20,000 bases of DNA from an uncultured virus (IMG/VR IMGVR_UViG_3300010160_000040) (taxonomy: Duplodnaviria; Heunggongvirae; Uroviricota; Caudoviricetes; Crassvirales), in IMG/VR virus record IMGVR_UViG_3300010160_000040; one strand, given 5' to 3'. Below are positions 16,848 to 20,000 of this stretch, one piece after another. Made by a program: the position numbers and the translations under genes. The notes beneath the pieces were generated by a model that had not been told where the DNA came from, did no database searches, and saw nothing but the letters and a program-made list of their open reading frames with translations. Numbering within the stretch: the stretch's first letter is position 1; each line of letters starts with the position of its first letter.

Positions 16848-17006
16848 TTAAGCTGATTGTTCTTCTGTAACTTCTACTGAAGTGGTTAATTCTGTTGTTA
16901 AGATTTTAAAGGCATTATCAAAAATAGCCCTTTCTTCCCTAGTTAGTCTAAGAGATTCTAAACCTCTTATAATTAATTCTAATGATTGTTTTACTTCTTC
17001 TTTCAT
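16848..17006 (-). CDS. Small acidic helical hypothetical protein (52 aa), missing from ORF track
   Basis: MKEEVKQSLELIIRGLESLRLTREERAIFDNAFKILTTELTTSVEVTEEQSA*. A-rich start context (ATTAAA ATG); fills the gap and is followed by the terminator. Confidence 0.7.
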   Translation of the reverse strand: MKEEVKQSLELIIRGLESLRLTREERAIFDNAFKILTTELTTSVEVTEEQSA

Positions 17007-17083
17007 TTTAATATGGTTATAAGTATCTAATATATAGTATAAGAGAGGTATTTGAATACATCTAATTGTTATTAATTAAATAA

Positions 17084-17641
17084 CTATTTATCCTTTCTAT
17101 AATGCGCATAACCTAAAAAACCTGCTAATAAGCCTAATACAAGACTGAGTAACTTATAGAAGTTAGAGTTTTGTTTAGCTTTAGCTACTTCTAACACAAA
17201 CTCCTTACTAGATTTTAAAGCTACTAAATCAGCATCAGGGCAAGGAACTTTAACCATAAAAGATATTGTGTCATGTTTTACAACAGTGTCAGCAGGTATC
17301 TTATATGTACCCTTACCAGTAGTCTTATTTATATTAGCACTAAAGTCTTTAGTTTTAATGTAAATAGTGTCATGCATAATAACTGGATCTGTAACAACAC
17401 CATCTTTTTCAGCTACATAAATAGTGTCTACACTAAAGATAGTATCTATTTTAGCTACAGTTTTAAAGTACTCAGGATAGTTAGCTATTACATAGTTAGC
17501 AGATTCTTTCTGTCCAAACTTGTTAACAGCTTTAGAAAACTGTCTAGTAGCCCTTTTAGAGCTATTACAAGCACCTAAAGCTACAAGTGTTAGTAATATA
17601 TATATTACAATTATAAGTCGTTTATATGAAGGTAGTTTCAT
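17084..17641 (-). CDS. Unimolecular spanin-like lipoprotein
   Basis: Signal peptide with lipobox LGA-C25, beta-rich periplasmic region, C-terminal TM helix LLSLVLGLLAGFLGY with basic tail. Located after DUF5675 and holin candidates. Confidence 0.7.
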   Translation of the reverse strand: MKLPSYKRLIIVIYILLTLVALGACNSSKRATRQFSKAVNKFGQKESANYVIANYPEYFKTVAKIDTIFSVDTIYVAEKDGVVTDPVIMHDTIYIKTKDFSANINKTTGKGTYKIPADTVVKHDTISFMVKVPCPDADLVALKSSKEFVLEVAKAKQNSNFYKLLSLVLGLLAGFLGYAHYRKDK

Positions 17642-17852
17642 GTTCTATTTTATTAGTTATGTTAGTCATTTCTCTGTCTTTTAAAAAGGATACCCATTCA
17701 TTGGCTCCAGCTCCTAATGCTAGTATGATCAAAGCTAAGTAAGGATGATTTTGTTCTAGTATTACAGCTCCTCCTATTGTTCCAAATACAGCTTTAATTA
17801 CTAAACCTAAAAGTTTAAATTTTTCGTAAGTAGTTAAGTTTTTATATCTCAT
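17622..17852 (-). CDS. Holin candidate (2 TM helices)
   Basis: 76 aa with two hydrophobic helices and a hydrophilic C-terminus. Coupled to DUF5675 (ATGA overlap) and overlaps the spanin start. Confidence 0.5.
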   Translation of the reverse strand: MRYKNLTTYEKFKLLGLVIKAVFGTIGGAVILEQNHPYLALIILALGAGANEWVSFLKDREMTNITNKIEHETTFI

Positions 17853-18235
17853 ATAATTTCTAAGTATATTTTCTCTTTACATCCTTTTAAGAGGCTAAAT
17901 AATTTTTTATATTGAGCTACAGAATTACCAATAAAGTCAACCTTTTTAGTATTACCTACTAATATACAACCTTCTGTATCCTTAGAGTAATTACCCCAAT
18001 GAATTCTAACTCCTTGGAAATTAGGTACATTAAGTAATAGTGGCATCATTTGTTTAAACCTATTGGAATAACTTATAATGACCTCATACTTACCAGCTGG
18101 TATAGCTGTAATATTTTGTATCTTTGTGTCCCTAACTTTATCTTCTAATGTAAAACAATGGAAGACATCATTGATGTATAATTTACCTATAGTAGAATCT
18201 TCTGTAAAATCTTCTCTTTTTAACTTTAAGTTCAT
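17849..18235 (-). CDS. DUF5675 family protein (L,D-transpeptidase-like fold; putative endolysin)
   Basis: Motifs STIGKL, CFTLED, TAIPAGKY, VPNFQGVRIHWGN...DTEGCILVG are diagnostic of DUF5675. Confidence 0.85.
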   Translation of the reverse strand: MNLKLKREDFTEDSTIGKLYINDVFHCFTLEDKVRDTKIQNITAIPAGKYEVIISYSNRFKQMMPLLLNVPNFQGVRIHWGNYSKDTEGCILVGNTKKVDFIGNSVAQYKKLFSLLKGCKEKIYLEII

Positions 18236-18549
18236 TAGTCTTCTTTCTTTTTAAATTTATTTTTAACTCCTTTAATTATACTACATACAAATTTTATTGT
18301 AGCTATAGCACCTACACAGGTTGTAAAGAATTTAGCCGCTATTCCAAATATAAATGATACTGTTTGCATAAATGGATAATTTTCTATTGGTGTTATTATA
18401 AACAAACTAGAATGTTCTCCAAAATTTAGGAAACTAATTGTTCCAAGCATTACTATAAATTGCCCATAAATTCCAACGGATGTTAATCCAAAAAATTCTG
18501 CTGCTTTTTCTACAAATGCGTTTAATTCTTCTTGATAATAATGTATCAT
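18235..18549 (-). CDS. Membrane protein (holin/antiholin candidate)
   Basis: 104 aa with hydrophobic segments and a Lys-rich C-terminus. TAATG-coupled to DUF5675. Confidence 0.5.
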   Translation of the reverse strand: MIHYYQEELNAFVEKAAEFFGLTSVGIYGQFIVMLGTISFLNFGEHSSLFIITPIENYPFMQTVSFIFGIAAKFFTTCVGAIATIKFVCSIIKGVKNKFKKKED

Positions 18550-18552
18550 AAT

Positions 18553-19053
18553 TTATTTAAATATTAAGTCAAGTATTAAAAATATAACACTTATGATTGC
18601 AAAGTTAATTCTTTTTTTGTAAGTACTAAATAATTTGTTTGTTAATTTTTTATTTTTATCTGTATTACCATCTGAAATAATGTCAGTTGATTTAAATCCT
18701 TCTATGTAAGTCTTAGGATTTAGTTTATTTCTAGTTTTAAACATATAGCCTAAATGGAATAATGGGTTTATTGTAGACAAGCTAATCCCTAAAAACAATG
18801 TAGCTATTGGATTTATACCAAATAAAGCTGCAATAACTATAAGTATAAATGGAGATGCTATAGCTACAGCTCCTACCATATGTATATACTTACCATCTTT
18901 TTGCATTAGTTCAATAGCTTTGTTTTCTTTTAAGATTTTTTTAAACCAGCTTTCTAACCAATAATGCCATATATAAGCATCTAGTATTCCTTTACTTGCT
19001 GACAGTATTATGTAAGCTATCCAGCTTAATATTATTAGAATAAGTGTTTCCAT
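18553..19053 (-). CDS. Multi-pass membrane hypothetical protein
   Basis: 166 aa with about 4 hydrophobic segments. Confidence 0.65.
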   Translation of the reverse strand: METLILIILSWIAYIILSASKGILDAYIWHYWLESWFKKILKENKAIELMQKDGKYIHMVGAVAIASPFILIVIAALFGINPIATLFLGISLSTINPLFHLGYMFKTRNKLNPKTYIEGFKSTDIISDGNTDKNKKLTNKLFSTYKKRINFAIISVIFLILDLIFK

Positions 19054-19195
19054 ATTTACATTTAGTCATATTTTTAAACCTACTTCTTGATATTTGATTT
19101 GTCGTCTTTATGCAACTCGTCAGAATCAGTATCAAATATATTAAACAAAGCAATAATATACAATGCCTTATATCCCAATTTTTTAAAAGTTTCAT
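18992..19195 (-). CDS. Possible small overlapping lipoprotein
   Basis: 67 aa: basic N-terminus, hydrophobic core, lipobox LTS-C28. Overlaps both neighbouring genes in a different frame. Confidence 0.35.
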   Translation of the reverse strand: MKLLKNWDIRHCILLLCLIYLILILTSCIKTTNQISRSRFKNMTKCKYGNTYSNNIKLDSLHNTVSK

Positions 19196-19289
19196 ATACT
19201 GATTTTTCTAAATGTTTACTAGCTAACCACGCACCTAATATTACTGCTATAATTAATCCAGCAATAAGAAATAATAAACTAGAGGTCAT
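19080..19289 (-). CDS. Small membrane protein
   Basis: 69 aa with N-terminal TM helix. TAATG-coupled to the upstream gene. Confidence 0.6.
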   Translation of the reverse strand: MTSSLLFLIAGLIIAVILGAWLASKHLEKSVYETFKKLGYKALYIIALFNIFDTDSDELHKDDKSNIKK

Positions 19290-19474
19290 TATTTGTAACC
19301 TTTTCTAAGAAACATATAGCAAGCTACAGCTGTTCCTAATGTAATAGCATAGCCTAATAAAAATGGTAATTCAAATCCATTTGTTTTACTGTATTCTGCT
19401 AAAGACCCTGTAACAAATCCAGAGAAAAATAATACTGCTACTGCAAATTCTGATGTTTTACTTTTTGTTGTCAT
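19289..19474 (-). CDS. Small membrane protein (2 TM)
   Basis: 61 aa, two hydrophobic helices, tight packing with neighbours. Confidence 0.6.
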   Translation of the reverse strand: MTTKSKTSEFAVAVLFFSGFVTGSLAEYSKTNGFELPFLLGYAITLGTAVACYMFLRKGYK

Positions 19475-19477
19475 AAT

Positions 19478-19648
19478 TTATTTAGGAAATATTAGTGCCT
19501 CTACGGCGGTTTGTAACTCTTCTATTGTGCGGTAAGGTGTCTGCGACAAATGCACTAATCTTATGCAGTAATCCAGCTCCAAATGACACATGGTTGGGTC
19601 AATATAATCAAAGAAGTTGCTTGTAACTTCGTATCCGTTAATTATCAT
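19478..19648 (-). CDS. Small hypothetical protein (56 aa) after the tail fibre gene, missing from ORF track
   Basis: MIINGYEVTSNFFDYIDPTMCHLELDYCIRLVHLSQTPYRTIEELQTAVEALIFPK*. Starts 1 nt after the upstream stop and ends 3 nt before the next ATG. Confidence 0.7.
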   Translation of the reverse strand: MIINGYEVTSNFFDYIDPTMCHLELDYCIRLVHLSQTPYRTIEELQTAVEALIFPK

Positions 19649-19649
19649 T

Positions 19650-20000
19650 TTATAAAAGTTTTAACATATTACATACTGAACTATCGGCAGCACTTGAATT
19701 TAATATTGAGCAAATCAAATAACCATTTGTTGTCCAATCAATAGCAACTGTACTTGTTGCCGTAGTAGAAGTTCCATAACCAGTTGCTAAAGTAGTAACT
19801 GATGTTGGTGCTACTTTCGTGGCATTGCCTGTGCTATTGGCTACTTCAATAGATAATAATCTTGAAAATGCTAACCAAAGAGCAGCTCCATTTGGCGAAG
19901 TGCCTAATAATATTGGACTACCTGATAAATCGTTTGTTGTATTCCAATAAAATCTCAATTGAATATTACCTGCTGCACCTGTTTTAGCAACTTGAAAATC
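19650..20000 (-). CDS. C-terminal part of a probable tail fibre/spike protein (5' end outside window)
   Basis: The frame stays open beyond the track's TTG start to the window edge (DFQVAKTGAAGNIQLRFYWNTT...). Thr/Ser/Ala-rich beta-type sequence ending AIDWTTNGYLICSILNSSAADS. Confidence 0.55.
   Translation of the reverse strand, partial: DFQVAKTGAAGNIQLRFYWNTTNDLSGSPILLGTSPNGAALWLAFSRLLSIEVANSTGNATKVAPTSVTTLATGYGTSTTATSTVAIDWTTNGYLICSILNSSAADSSVCNMLKLL

Noticed and set aside
17020..17045. TATATTA-like element shared with the intergenic region near 2905-2925 as a possible late promoter
   Set aside because: Too short and AT-rich to distinguish from background without more intergenic regions.
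1380..17578. Plus-strand ORFs in the track (1380, 4146, 4738, 5707, 7002, 8107, 9249, 17273; also 19087)
   Set aside because: Short, antisense to long well-supported minus-strand genes, with no recognisable motifs; shadow ORFs.
19956..19958. TTG start of the 102-aa ORF
   Set aside because: The frame is open to the window edge, so this is an internal codon of a longer gene.

Overview
An AT-rich segment of a crAss-like (Crassvirales-type) podophage, probably infecting Bacteroidetes (A-rich start regions without obvious Shine-Dalgarno motifs, DUF5675 gene, lipoproteins). All credible genes are on the minus strand and read in the standard genetic code. In transcription order (right to left) they are: the C-terminal end of a probable tail fibre, several small membrane proteins, a lysis cassette (DUF5675 protein, holin candidate, unimolecular-spanin-like lipoprotein), an intrinsic terminator, and the conserved crAss tail block (ring protein, IHF/HU-like protein, tail tubular ring protein, tail stabilization/muzzle protein). 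These are followed by a 1643-aa mosaic protein built of modules separated by repeated hydrophobic-x-x-GG-x-hydrophobic motifs, and two cargo (ejected) proteins. The strongest unannotated signal is at the end of the 677-aa cargo gene. An A_AAA_AAG slippery heptamer sits directly before the stop codon and is followed by an 11-bp stem-loop with pseudoknot potential. It leads into a -1 frame with no usable start codon that stays open for at least 289 codons and encodes an NNPGN-type lysozyme-like domain. This is a likely programmed -1 ribosomal frameshift that gives a fraction of the cargo protein a peptidoglycan hydrolase. Family assignments come from motif recall and synteny, not database searches.
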